Notes under the pieces: model-generated | Seen by the model: the letters and a program-made list of their open reading frames with translations, nothing else | Database searches by the model: none | Told to the model about the DNA's origin: nothing | In this document: positions 50,526 to 60,571 of the stretch, piece after piece | How positions within the stretch are numbered: the stretch's first letter is position 1 | Layout of the letters: each line of letters begins with the position of its first letter | DNA from: Fistulifera solaris | Lineage: Eukaryota | Length of the DNA: 64,000 nt | Direction of reading: 5' to 3' | NCBI GenBank assembly: GCA_030295235.1 | Contig: AP026134.1 | Coordinates: forward strand, 248,001 to 312,000 | Translations under genes and position numbers: made by a program

Positions 50526-51682
50526 TTAAAGTTGGTCATCTGCCATTTCCGCATTACCCTCATAAGATCCCCCGATCTTTGCCAGATCGGCCCATTGTCC
50601 CTCAATGCATTGTTCGAGTATCACTTTTCTGTTGTCCCCTTCCTCACACTCCGCTAGTTCCTTTTTCATCTTTTCCAAATTTTGAAGCGCAAGGTAAATA
50701 GACATAGTTACTGAGTGAAACAAATCATGATACACAGATGTCTCGGACTGAACCAAGTTCTTCAAATCCATTGCTGTAATAGGACCTTTTTCACCCCTCT
50801 CAAGACCCGATTGTGGCACAACAAACAATGGGTGGGTTCTGGCAATATCTCTGTAATGGCGCCGAATCTGTGCTCGCTGGTTCTTAGCATTAGGACCAGC
50901 CGGCAGATGCTTGTCGATGTCCACGAATCCGTACTTGTCTTCCTCCAACATTTTCGACGGATCAGTCTCATTTTCAAACTTGCCAACATTGAACGTCGTG
51001 TACTTTGCGGCCCACACCCCTTTAGAAATACACTCTGGGCATCGGCACAAGTAAATAGCCACATTCCCACTCACCCTCTTCAACAGCGGGTGGTTATTCT
51101 TAAAAAACTTAGCCGTGTTCTTAATGTCTCCTTTGTGATCAATTGTCTCAAGAAATTCTTCCGCCGACATTGCGTTGTCATTGGATTGCAGTTCCGCCAT
51201 AGCGTTGTCGATGATAAGTGCAATGCCTTTTTCCTGAACTTCTTCTTCAGCTGTGTCGATATTTGTGTAGCTGTCTCTGTCCGCAGCCGTGGTTTCCTTT
51301 TCGTTTTCGTTAGAATCAGCCAGCAAAGGCGGAGGCTGGGGACGACCTGTCGTGTCTTCCGTCGGGCTGCTGGCCATGTTGTTATTGTGAACGGAACGTG
51401 TTGGATTTCTCTTACCGTTCTCGTTTGTGCTTCTCGTTGTCTTTTTTCTTGTTTGCCGGTTTTGGCTCAACTGTCTTAGAAGCCATTATGTTTTGCTTTT
51501 CGGTTCTTGATTTTTCTTCATTAGATGCGTCGCCGTGGTTATTTCCCTGATTGGCTACCTGCGGAGTCGCACTAGCGTTGTTTTTCTTGCTCGTCGGCGT
51601 AATTTTTGCCTTTTTTTCGTGCTGGTTTTGCGGCATGTTTCTTGGAAGCAACCGCGGTTTGCGCCACGTTTCGTGTTTTCAT
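50526..51682 (-). CDS. Cargo protein of unknown function (basic N-terminus, CxCxxC motif); two A-run frameshifts in the 5' part
   Basis: ATG at 51682 (MKTRNVAQ...) joins ORFs 51412-51651 and 50526-51470 if one base is restored in each of two A-runs; LCRCPEC. Confidence 0.7.
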
Positions 51683-52399
51683 TATTTTTATAAGTTTATT
51701 AACTAATATCCGTACTGTGCATTACAATCATTTGCTATTGCTCATTATTGCCAAGTCTAGAGACATAATAGCGACGTTGTGTGTTGTGTGCGGCGGGCGT
51801 CGATGAACATATACGGCAGAAGGCCAGAGTATCCGGTCCCGTCACGACTGAAAACGGAGCATGATCCGGCGTACAACACTAGTGGCTAATCTGTACGCGA
51901 ATAACGTTCACCCGAATAACAGTTCTCCCATCTTCTGTCAGAAGACACACCTTGCTACAAAGATCGCAACCAAGAAATCGTCGTCCGTTGCGAGCATCAT
52001 CATTTTCAATGAATGCTTTCAACATGGCTTCATATTCTTGCGATTTTGCTGATCGATATTTGTTTAGAAACGGATTGTGTTACGAAGCTGTTGGAGAGGG
52101 GGCGAGAAAGGCTAGGAAGAGGTCGAATGAAATACAATTATTTCTTTCTGATTTGTCGGCACGCCCAAAGTAATTTGCTGCTCTTACCATTTTGCATTTT
52201 TCAACAACCAAGGGCCAATCCACGAGCGAATCGCCTATAAATGCTACTATTCATCACTGTGGGTCTTATCTGGCACAACGGTAGAAAGGAGTTATAGAGG
52301 AACATTCCAATGTTTGATGCAGTTTCCGGTAAGTGTCTTGATTGCGATTATATTGTTTTCCGATTCAGACGTTCATCGCTGACACTGTGGAACTCATCT

Positions 52400-53460
52400 C
52401 AATAAAGAATCATAATTACTACTTGCGTGAGGAAAGGTCCAAACCAAAAATATGTTCAAAATCGGTCGAGCAACTGCATTCTCTGTTGCGATTCCGTTGA
52501 GCGGAGTCGCGTCTCGGCAACAAGCATCGTCGCTAGCCCTATCCCGAAGAACAATTAGCCACCAAGTATTGATTACAGGCCACTTATACTCAGCGGATAA
52601 TGGTCCAGACTGGACCCACGGCGGAGCGCGGTTTCCGGAGAAGCTTTGCAAGTTGACTTGAGAGGTAACAGGTAAGTTCGTGGTGTTCGGACCGGAGACG
52701 GTTTTCTCATGTCAACTCGAGAAGCGACCCTAGTCTCGTGACAACAGACACTGCTCGACAATATGTTGTAAATTGGTCAATCTGCATCTAACTATTGTGA
52801 TTCTATTTCCAGTTTTGTGTTGCTTCGTGGTCATCGAGTCGACTGACACTATCACTCGATAATCGACTTCATCAGGGAATTTGCTACGTGCGCATGACAG
52901 TGATCGACGAACTTGTTCTCGTGGGATTTCGAAGCCCGCGCTGACGAAATCTCGTTAGGTAAGATAACAAAGACAATGTGTTGTAACTTGTGCACTCTGC
53001 TGTTACCCTTCCGATTCCATTGTCAGTTCAGTGTTGATCGGCGGCCCGTATTTTGCTTCGTAACGACAAATTGTGCTTGACGAACGAATCTCAATCCTTG
53101 TCATTTGGTATCCTAACAAGGTAAGATAACAATGGCATTCTATTGTGTTTGAAGCAAGCTGCATCTGCTCTTCGTCGTTCTGATTCTATTGTCAATACAG
53201 TTTTGCTCGGCGATCCGATGTCTTGCTCCTTGACGACAGATCACAATCGACGAACTTGTTCTCGTGCGATTCTCGATCCTTGTGTTTTCGTATCCTTATT
53301 AGGTAAGATAACAATGGCATTCTATTGTGTTTCGAGCGAGCTCCATCTAACGATTGTGATTCTATTTGAAGTTTCGTGTCCTACACGGTCATTGCGGCGG
53401 CGGCACGTATCACTCGTCAATCAACTCCCTGGGCGAATTTCCTGCGTGAGCATCAATATT
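52400..53460. repeat. Diverged copy of the 354-bp unit (~52400-52690) plus a mosaic of ~180-bp degenerate repeats (~52760-53460)
   Basis: CCACGGCG..G.GCGGT..CCGGAGAAGCTTTG shared with the 354-bp unit; AGGTAAGATAACAA x3; TCGACGAACTTGTTCTCGTG x2. Confidence 0.75.
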
Positions 53461-53569
53461 CTTGTTTGATATGATAAGGAGCGTAATGTCTGAAAAGTTG
53501 GTGAAGCTGCTCTGCGTCGTTCCGATTCTACCGTCAATTATGTTTTGCTGGGCGGTCCGATGTGTCGTG

Positions 53570-54362
53570 ACAACCAATATCTTCGCCCACCGCGGTCTAT
53601 ATAAGCCGCCCAATATAGATTACAGACGGTTTAGACTATGCCGTGAACCGTTGAAACTAAGTCCACGGCGAAGTGCGGTCACCGGAGAAGCTTTGGTAAG
53701 TCGTCTCGAGAAGGTGCAGGCAAGGTTCGTGATAGTCGGAAATGCATGGTATCAACAAATATTAAGTGCTCTAACCCTTTCGAATTCCACTGAATCGAAA
53801 GAGTGTATTACTAGCTGCGCTAGGAAAGATTCAAAACAGGAATCAGTTGAAATTTGGTCTAGCAAATGCATTTTCTGTTGAATTTCTGTCGCACGGCGTT
53901 CTTTTCGTAGCATCGCGGCAGCCAATATCTTTGCCCATCGCAGTCCATATACCTATATGCCGCCCAATATAGATTACAGACGGTTTAGACTACGCCGTGA
54001 ACCGTTGAAACTAAGTCCACGGCGAAGTGCGGTCACCGGAGAAGCTTTGGTAAGTCGTCTCGAGAAGGTGCAGGCAAGGTTCGTGATAGTCGGAAATGCA
54101 TGGTATCAACAAATATTAAGTGCTCTAACCCTTTCGAATTCCACTGAATCGAAAGAGTGTATTACTAGCTGCGCTAGGAAAGATTCAAAACAGGAATCAG
54201 TTGAAATTTGGTCTAGCAAATGCATTTTCTGTTGAATTTCTGTCACACGGCGTTCTTTTCGTAGCATCGCGGCAACCAATATCTTCGCCCATCGCAGTCC
54301 ATATACCTATATGCCGCCCAATATAGATTACAGACGGTTTAGACTACGCCGTGAACCGTTGA
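53570..54362. repeat. 354-bp tandem repeat, ~2.2 units
   Basis: GCCGCCCAATATAGATTACAGACGG at 53605, 53959 and 54313. Confidence 0.97.
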
Positions 54363-54570
54363 CTGGCTACTCAGTGAGATTTTCAAATTGACGATTCGTC
54401 AATAATTGGTAAGTGATACGATCACCGCACAAGCTGTTACGATTCTGTCTCCAGTTCTGTGTGTCTTGGCAGTCAGAACGGCGGGTTAATCCAACTACAT
54501 TTGTGTAATAAGGTAAGTTGCACGTAAGTTGGTTACTAATTAAATGCTCCAAGAGCCTGAGGAGTTGCCT

Positions 54571-56721
54571 TTATTTCTTGGCGCCACATATTTGCGATGC
54601 CTTTCCACTGCAGCAGTTGCCTCTGAAATGGATTTTGAAGTCTTTCCATTTCGCACAAAAAGAAGTAATGTCTCCTTGGTGGTGATTTCGAAAGCAATTC
54701 AGTGCAGGCTGGAGACAGGTATAGTAGAATTTCTTGGCGGAGGCCGTGAACTTGATAACAGGTTGCCCTTGTTCGTTGAGAAGGATAGATTGCTCGAGCT
54801 CAAGAAGCAGCATTACCTTGTCCTTGGTTTCATTTTGACTTTTGACAGCCAATCTACCAGGTAAGTCATTTTCTTCGGTGCGCTGTCTCTTGTTAGCCAG
54901 TTGGAGACTATGACCATCCAACGATCTTTTCATGTTTTTGACTGGCACAGAGAAGGAAAATGAATTTGAGTTAGAATCATGGTGATTACCATGAGCGATT
55001 GGGATCTCATTTTGGTTGCCATGGACGGACTTCAATCTCCTCTCAGCTTTGGCAGTTGCGTCTTCTGTGACGAATCGAATAAGCTGATGAAGATCCGGAA
55101 CAGCTCGATCAGGTAAAGTGGATGCAAAAGCTTTTACTTGCTGATCAACATCACTGCAGCGGGGCTTAAACTGACGGGCCATCTTCATCAGAAACGGAAC
55201 ATCTTTAGATCTCGGGTGATTAGGTCCAAGGTTCATGTCTTCTTCAACAAACATGACTGCTACATCATAGAGACTCTTACGATATAGGGGATTCTCATCA
55301 TTCAAGCGTGCCAAATTCTGGGGTTCCTCACAATGAATGTGGCGCCATTTGCTAACCATGTTTTCCTCGTTGATGTAATCCTTCGAAGTATATGCATCTT
55401 TGGCATATTTTACAGCCTGCTCGTCCGTTTCGTGTCGAGCATCTTGTCGAAGGCCTTGAGGTTTCGCGTCGCCCCAGATCGCTAAAAGGTAGGCAGTCTT
55501 GCGGAACATGTGTGTGCCGACTTTAAGGGCATTCTCACCAAATGGAACATACGTAAATAATGCCTGCGTGAAAAAGGTTTTGAAGGAACCATATTTCTCT
55601 TGGGATGTAAAGTTACCGTCGGAAGGAGGTTTCTTGAGATCATCTCTTACGGGAAACAGATTACCGGATTTGATACCGGCAACGTAGATGTACACCAAAA
55701 GCGCACGAATGGGGCACAACTCGGGGTATACGTGGTCAGCTTTCATGCACATGTAGGCCTTCTTCTTGTCAGTCTTTCCGATGACCCACAGACAAAGTGA
55801 ATCAACCGCACCGTCTGTCTTCTTAAAAAGATCGCTGTAGAAATTGTCATGGGAGATAGAAAGTAACTCGTCTGCACGAAGAAAGAGACGACAGCACATT
55901 ATTATCATGACCCAAAGAGAAAGACCATAGAGCCCAATGTCGCGACATTTGTTAGTAAGACCATCATAAAGTTTGCGCAAGTCCATAGGAAATAATTGCG
56001 AGCATCCCTTCACCTGATACGAAGGATCGTTAAGGCATTTCTTCGCGTTGGTCCACTTGTTATGTGTAGTCGGATTGCCTTCCCGACAAATTTGAGGTTT
56101 TTTGTAGTGGCGACGGCACCCGTCACTATCTCCACTAGTCATGCATTGTTCACAATAGTCTTTGTACTGAGCTTTGTCGTGGCCGCGTGCAATGTGGACC
56201 GCAGAAACGGCAGCAGCGAGCTGTTCGGCCTTCTGTGGTGATCCCCAGTCACCCGAGCAAAAGATTTTTTCGCCGTGGATGTCAGAGAGTATAACATCAG
56301 GATTAATAGTCTCGTCTGTATCATAAGGAATAAGGGTCAATGGTGTAGAAGGGTCACACCGCTTGTATCGTAAGAAAGCAACAAGACTCTCGACCTTAAT
56401 AGATGGGATGTGACTATTATCTGGGCTGAGATCTTTCACGAGCATCAGCATGGATTCGTAGTCACCAGTCCAAGCTAAGAAGCGCCATAACTGCCTGAGT
56501 ATATTAAGGTAAACCTTTGCTGTACTCGGTTTGATGTGCTGGCCATTAAATATTTCAAAACTCTTCGCATCGAAGTCGCACCAACGAGAATGATCAGGCA
56601 TGTCGATGTTTAAGAGATAGGCCTGGTTCTTAACACCTCTTTCAATCGCCGACTGGATAGGTGGAGGAAGCCGGCTCTTAACACAGATCCGGCTTTTCTG
56701 ATCTTCACTATCTGTCGACAT
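54571..56721 (-). CDS. Tyrosine recombinase (lambda-integrase superfamily), Crypton-like, 716 aa, intronless
   Basis: Catalytic set in order: R (LFLRADELL), K (GKTD), CPIRAL box, HxxR (THMFRKT), H (DARH), Y (AVKY); N-terminal STAKVY core-binding helix; CxxC..C..H motif. Confidence 0.9.
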   Translation of the reverse strand: MSTDSEDQKSRICVKSRLPPPIQSAIERGVKNQAYLLNIDMPDHSRWCDFDAKSFEIFNGQHIKPSTAKVYLNILRQLWRFLAWTGDYESMLMLVKDLSPDNSHIPSIKVESLVAFLRYKRCDPSTPLTLIPYDTDETINPDVILSDIHGEKIFCSGDWGSPQKAEQLAAAVSAVHIARGHDKAQYKDYCEQCMTSGDSDGCRRHYKKPQICREGNPTTHNKWTNAKKCLNDPSYQVKGCSQLFPMDLRKLYDGLTNKCRDIGLYGLSLWVMIIMCCRLFLRADELLSISHDNFYSDLFKKTDGAVDSLCLWVIGKTDKKKAYMCMKADHVYPELCPIRALLVYIYVAGIKSGNLFPVRDDLKKPPSDGNFTSQEKYGSFKTFFTQALFTYVPFGENALKVGTHMFRKTAYLLAIWGDAKPQGLRQDARHETDEQAVKYAKDAYTSKDYINEENMVSKWRHIHCEEPQNLARLNDENPLYRKSLYDVAVMFVEEDMNLGPNHPRSKDVPFLMKMARQFKPRCSDVDQQVKAFASTLPDRAVPDLHQLIRFVTEDATAKAERRLKSVHGNQNEIPIAHGNHHDSNSNSFSFSVPVKNMKRSLDGHSLQLANKRQRTEENDLPGRLAVKSQNETKDKVMLLLELEQSILLNEQGQPVIKFTASAKKFYYTCLQPALNCFRNHHQGDITSFCAKWKDFKIHFRGNCCSGKASQICGAKK

Positions 56722-56931
56722 TCGTATCTTCGGAATACTTTTAAAACAAATGAGGGAAGATGGTACGGAACTAAAAATAATGAGCGTACTGCGTGGGGTA
56801 GAAAAATGGAGGGACGAAAAAATAAGTGCGAAGGGGAGGGCGGAATTACTTGCAACGGACGCAATTGGGGAATAGTGTAGGAAGGCCGACTCTCAAGGGA
56901 ATGGCAATTAGGTGGTATCCTGGGTACCCGC

Positions 56932-56997
56932 AGGTACCCGCCTAAATACCAAACGAGGTACCCACCTAAATACCAAACGAGGTACCCACCTAAATAC
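56932..56997. repeat. 24-bp tandem repeat (AGGTACCCACCTAAATACCAAACG) x2.75 upstream of the recombinase
   Basis: Seen directly; a partial inverted copy lies at ~56907-56930. Confidence 0.95.
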
Positions 56998-57226
56998 TTC
57001 AAAGTTTTACCTTTTTCCCCCTAATAATAGAAGAGAAGGTATCTTTCACCAAGCTCAAGGATCTACTATCTACTTGATCTTTACGGCCTAAAAAGAAGCA
57101 GTTGGCAATGAGAACCCTACAACGCCAAGCGCAAGATTTCGTGATGATCGGAGTCGCGAATGTTCTTCATTCTCACAATGATACGAGGTGACACACTACT
57201 CTACGTATTTTGTGTAGCAAACGGGC

Positions 57227-57388
57227 AACGGCGTTAAAATTCTGCCTCGTCGTAGACGCTGCGTAGAATCTTGTACTGAGAGGCAGAATTTTAACGTCCT
57301 TCCCGGGGAACAGCGTTAAAATTCTGCCTCGTCGTAGACGCGACGTAGAATCTTGTACTGGGAGGCAGAATTTTAACGTCCTTCCCGG
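57227..57388. repeat. ~80-bp palindromic interspersed repeat, copies 2 and 3 in tandem (82-bp period)
   Basis: 17-bp arms CGTTAAAATTCTGCCTC / GAGGCAGAATTTTAACG in each copy. Confidence 0.92.
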
Positions 57389-57824
57389 ATGTTCTGTCTT
57401 ATGTTGGATGGTGCGTGTTGCATGGCAAATACTGTTTGAAGGATTTGTCGACGTCACATTGTCCTTCATGATTCATGTTTGAGGCGATGCCAGTCCCTAA
57501 ACCTCAACCCTCATTATCTCGTCAATCGTGCCTTTGCTAAGGCTTTGAGCGAGAGCGAGGAGCAGTGGAAACCTAAAAATTAACTGCTCATGTTTTTCAC
57601 CGGAAACCATAAGTATTGAGTTGTCCTTCGCTTTCAGCTATATACATGATTGACAATCCATGACTCTTATTTGCGTTGCTGTCGAATTCGATTATGTCTT
57701 CAAGCTTCGGGGTTCATTGCAAGTTTATAAAGCTAGATCTACTTTCAAGTTCTAACTAAAATGCACATCATGATTTCTACTATGCCTAATGCAGCAGAAA
57801 TCGATCCTCAATCTCAAATTTTGT

Positions 57825-58774
57825 CTAGGGCACGTCGCAATCACCTGTTTCTGCGGACGGTTCTGTCGCTTGATGCAAAAGTGCCATGTCTTCCTCGCTC
57901 AATTTAAACGAGAAAAGATCCATGTTTGACAGTATATGATCGATGTTGTTGCTTTTGGGTATAACGCCACCGATGAAGCTTCCCTCTTGTAAGGCTTGTT
58001 GCACAATGAACCTCAAGGAAATCTGCGCCCCGTGACGTTATACCGCTGGGCAATTTCGGTCACTAGTTTTCCCGTAGTCAAAGAGTCTTCGGGCTCGTAC
58101 TGGCAGGGTCCGCACAACGGACTGAACGACATGAAGGTAATGTTGTTGGCGCGACATTTTTCCATGACGCCATCGACATCTCCAGATCCCACATGATATT
58201 CCACTTGATTGATACTGGGCATGACCGTAGCGATCTCCAAAATATCGTCAATATGCTGAGCACAGTAATGACTGATACCGATCGATCGGGCTTTGCCGGT
58301 GTAATAAATCTCTTCCAGTGCTCTCCATTCTTCTTGCCGCATTTCTTTCGATGCTTTCGTTGCCTCCCAATCGGCCGGAAAATGTGTCATCAAGTGGTCG
58401 ACATATTCAATGTTGAGTTGAAACAGATTGTGATGATGCGCCGCCCTTACTTCATCAAAGGTCAAACCACCGGGGACTTTGGTCAAGACGAACAAATCGG
58501 ATCGATGGCCCGTATAGCAATCGTGAATTGCCCGGCTCACACCCACCTGATTTCCGTAGCCATAGGCTGTATCCACAAACGTCAACCCAGCTCGAAAGGC
58601 TTTGCACAAGGAATCGTACGCCATAGTATCATTGTATTGCCACGTTCCGGCTCCGACCAGAGGCATCCGTACCGCATGTCCGTGGACATCGGTACCGATC
58701 GATATGCGAGGGATTGCGGTATAATTGCTGCTCACTGGGATAGCGAGAGCAATGAAAGGGACCAGAGATTTCAT
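57825..58774 (-). CDS. Aldo/keto reductase with N-terminal signal-like peptide (frameshift ~58030)
   Basis: MPLVGAGTW, VDTAYGYGN, FVLTKV, YVDHLMTHFP, ARSIGISHY, NQVEYH and IPKS motifs. Confidence 0.9.
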
Positions 58775-59319
58775 GTTAAGTAATAGTTAGCAAGTGGAGG
58801 ACACGGAACTCTCTGTTTTTCATGGTTTTCTTGTAAAGTGAAATCAAACGAACAAAAGAGACGAAAAAATAATAAATACTCCGGAGTAATATACAAAGTA
58901 ACAAGCGGATTTCGGCATCTTTCATGACTGAAATGCAGTCGTGTTCGCGTAAACCACACTTTGGTTCTACAGTGAAAAATACTGTAACCATCGGCATGAA
59001 CTTTTGACATCAAGAATCGGGAGGTGCATTGCAAATGTTGCTAGAAATTATTCCGGAGAATTGATTTAAAATACTATAACTACAAATGTAGCTTCTGAAG
59101 TAGCAGGTCGAATGCAGGTTAGTTTTTGCAGAAGCAGACTGGCTAGCCAAACAACGATCCGCAGCGCTTTTTTCCACTTCAAAAATTGAGAAGTGTACCT
59201 GGTAATGCAAACGTAAATTTAAGTAGCACCTCATCGATGCTTGGTTAAAGGTTATAGAATTATAAATGATAGATTACCTGGTAGTCAATTAAGATGTCAT
59301 TAACAAAGCATCAGCTTGC

Positions 59320-60102
59320 TCATCCACATACGCGACAGAACAAACCACATCGGTCTTCTTCGGCACGAGGGCCGCCAGTTGTGATCAGCGGATCGTAATC
59401 GTACAACGCGGCACCTCCTTCTACTTCCTTGGGGAAACGGAAGACGAAAAGTGTCTTGCCGTTCTTGGTAATAACCTTGGGATATCCGTCGGGCATGGCG
59501 ACATTTTCGCCGTCAATGTTGATCAATTGGGACATGATGACGGAAATACCTCCACCCAGGTCGTCTTCGGTAGGCTGATCATCCTTGCCCTTGAGTTCCA
59601 CACCGACATCTATGTGCGTGGCATTACCGTCGGCGCACGGGTCACACCAATTCCAGTCGATGAGTTGAATAGCGAACTTGAAATCACCTTCCACGACTTC
59701 CAAAGTCTCGTTGGTGCTTGTGGTAATGGTTCCATTCTCCTTGAAGATGTAGGTTTCCACTTTGATGGTACCGGCGCTGTAGACGTCGGCGTCAAAACTC
59801 AAGTAATCGGCGGTGAGATTGGAGAAGACCACTTCTTGAATGTTCGAGTACGTGAATCTCTGGTTGGCAAAGGTCTCGGTACTGTGCTTTTGTTGGGGAG
59901 AGCCCGCTTTCCCGACCACCTTATCGTTCTCATCGAGCTCGTGCAAGTAGTCCATGGTCATGGTGACGCGGTCCGGATCACTCTTACCGAGAGCCGCATC
60001 GTAGATCATAATCTTACCACTTTGGCCGAGAACATCGACTTCAATTTCGGCGCTCACCAAAGCGGCCAAGAGTGTGGAAAGGAGACCGTAGCGGAGAAGC
60101 AT
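59320..60102 (-). CDS. Secreted acidic hypothetical protein
   Basis: Signal peptide MLLRYGLLSTLLAALVSA; GC3-rich codons; C-terminal YDYDP. Confidence 0.75.
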   Translation of the reverse strand: MLLRYGLLSTLLAALVSAEIEVDVLGQSGKIMIYDAALGKSDPDRVTMTMDYLHELDENDKVVGKAGSPQQKHSTETFANQRFTYSNIQEVVFSNLTADYLSFDADVYSAGTIKVETYIFKENGTITTSTNETLEVVEGDFKFAIQLIDWNWCDPCADGNATHIDVGVELKGKDDQPTEDDLGGGISVIMSQLINIDGENVAMPDGYPKVITKNGKTLFVFRFPKEVEGGAALYDYDPLITTGGPRAEEDRCGLFCRVCG

Positions 60103-60571
60103 GATTATAGGAGATGAATGATGTTGTGATTGCCGTTGGGCTTATGAAAATATGATGATTTGTACGGTTCGCAATTTTTGATGTTAGCAGAGGAGATTCG
60201 CGATTCGCACATTGTCACGTGGCCAGAAATCACGAGGAGTCACATGTTTACGATAATTGCCGTAAATTAAAAGTCTTTTGCGAACTTGTCAAGACCTAAG
60301 TATCTTGTGGGCAATAATGAGGAAGACTTTTTCAGGCTAACTGCAAAGAAGGGATTCTACTGAAACAAGACACTCCAAGTAGCAACGGATATATACAAAT
60401 ACAAATATCGGAGTATAGACAAAGGAGGCCAGGGCATACTTTCCAATGTCGGACGCGTTTTGGATCATACCGCCCAGAGATTTATGCTTGATTAGACGGA
60501 GTACAAAAAACATCATTCGCTCAATCTGCACCATCGAAATCCAAGAAATTACTATCAAATCAGAGTACTAA

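Larger units (their letters stand above)
48098..57023 (-). mobile_element. Tyrosine-recombinase (Crypton-like) mobile element with cargo; boundaries approximate
   Basis: YR ORF, non-host-like cargo, internal repeat arrays and ACGAGGTACCC near both ends; candidate 6-bp direct repeat CCCCTA at 48098-48103 and 57018-57023. Confidence 0.65.

Noticed and set aside
50715..51479. 254-aa plus-strand ORF
   Set aside because: Antisense shadow of the cargo gene on the minus strand.
54571..56721. Bacterial contaminant or prophage integrase interpretation
   Set aside because: No phage genes, operons or other prokaryotic genes; flanked on both sides by eukaryotic host genes. A chimeric join still cannot be excluded without reads.
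56610..57002. 130-aa ORF with YLGGYLVW repeats
   Set aside because: Translation of the 24-bp non-coding tandem repeat; it overlaps the YR start in another frame.
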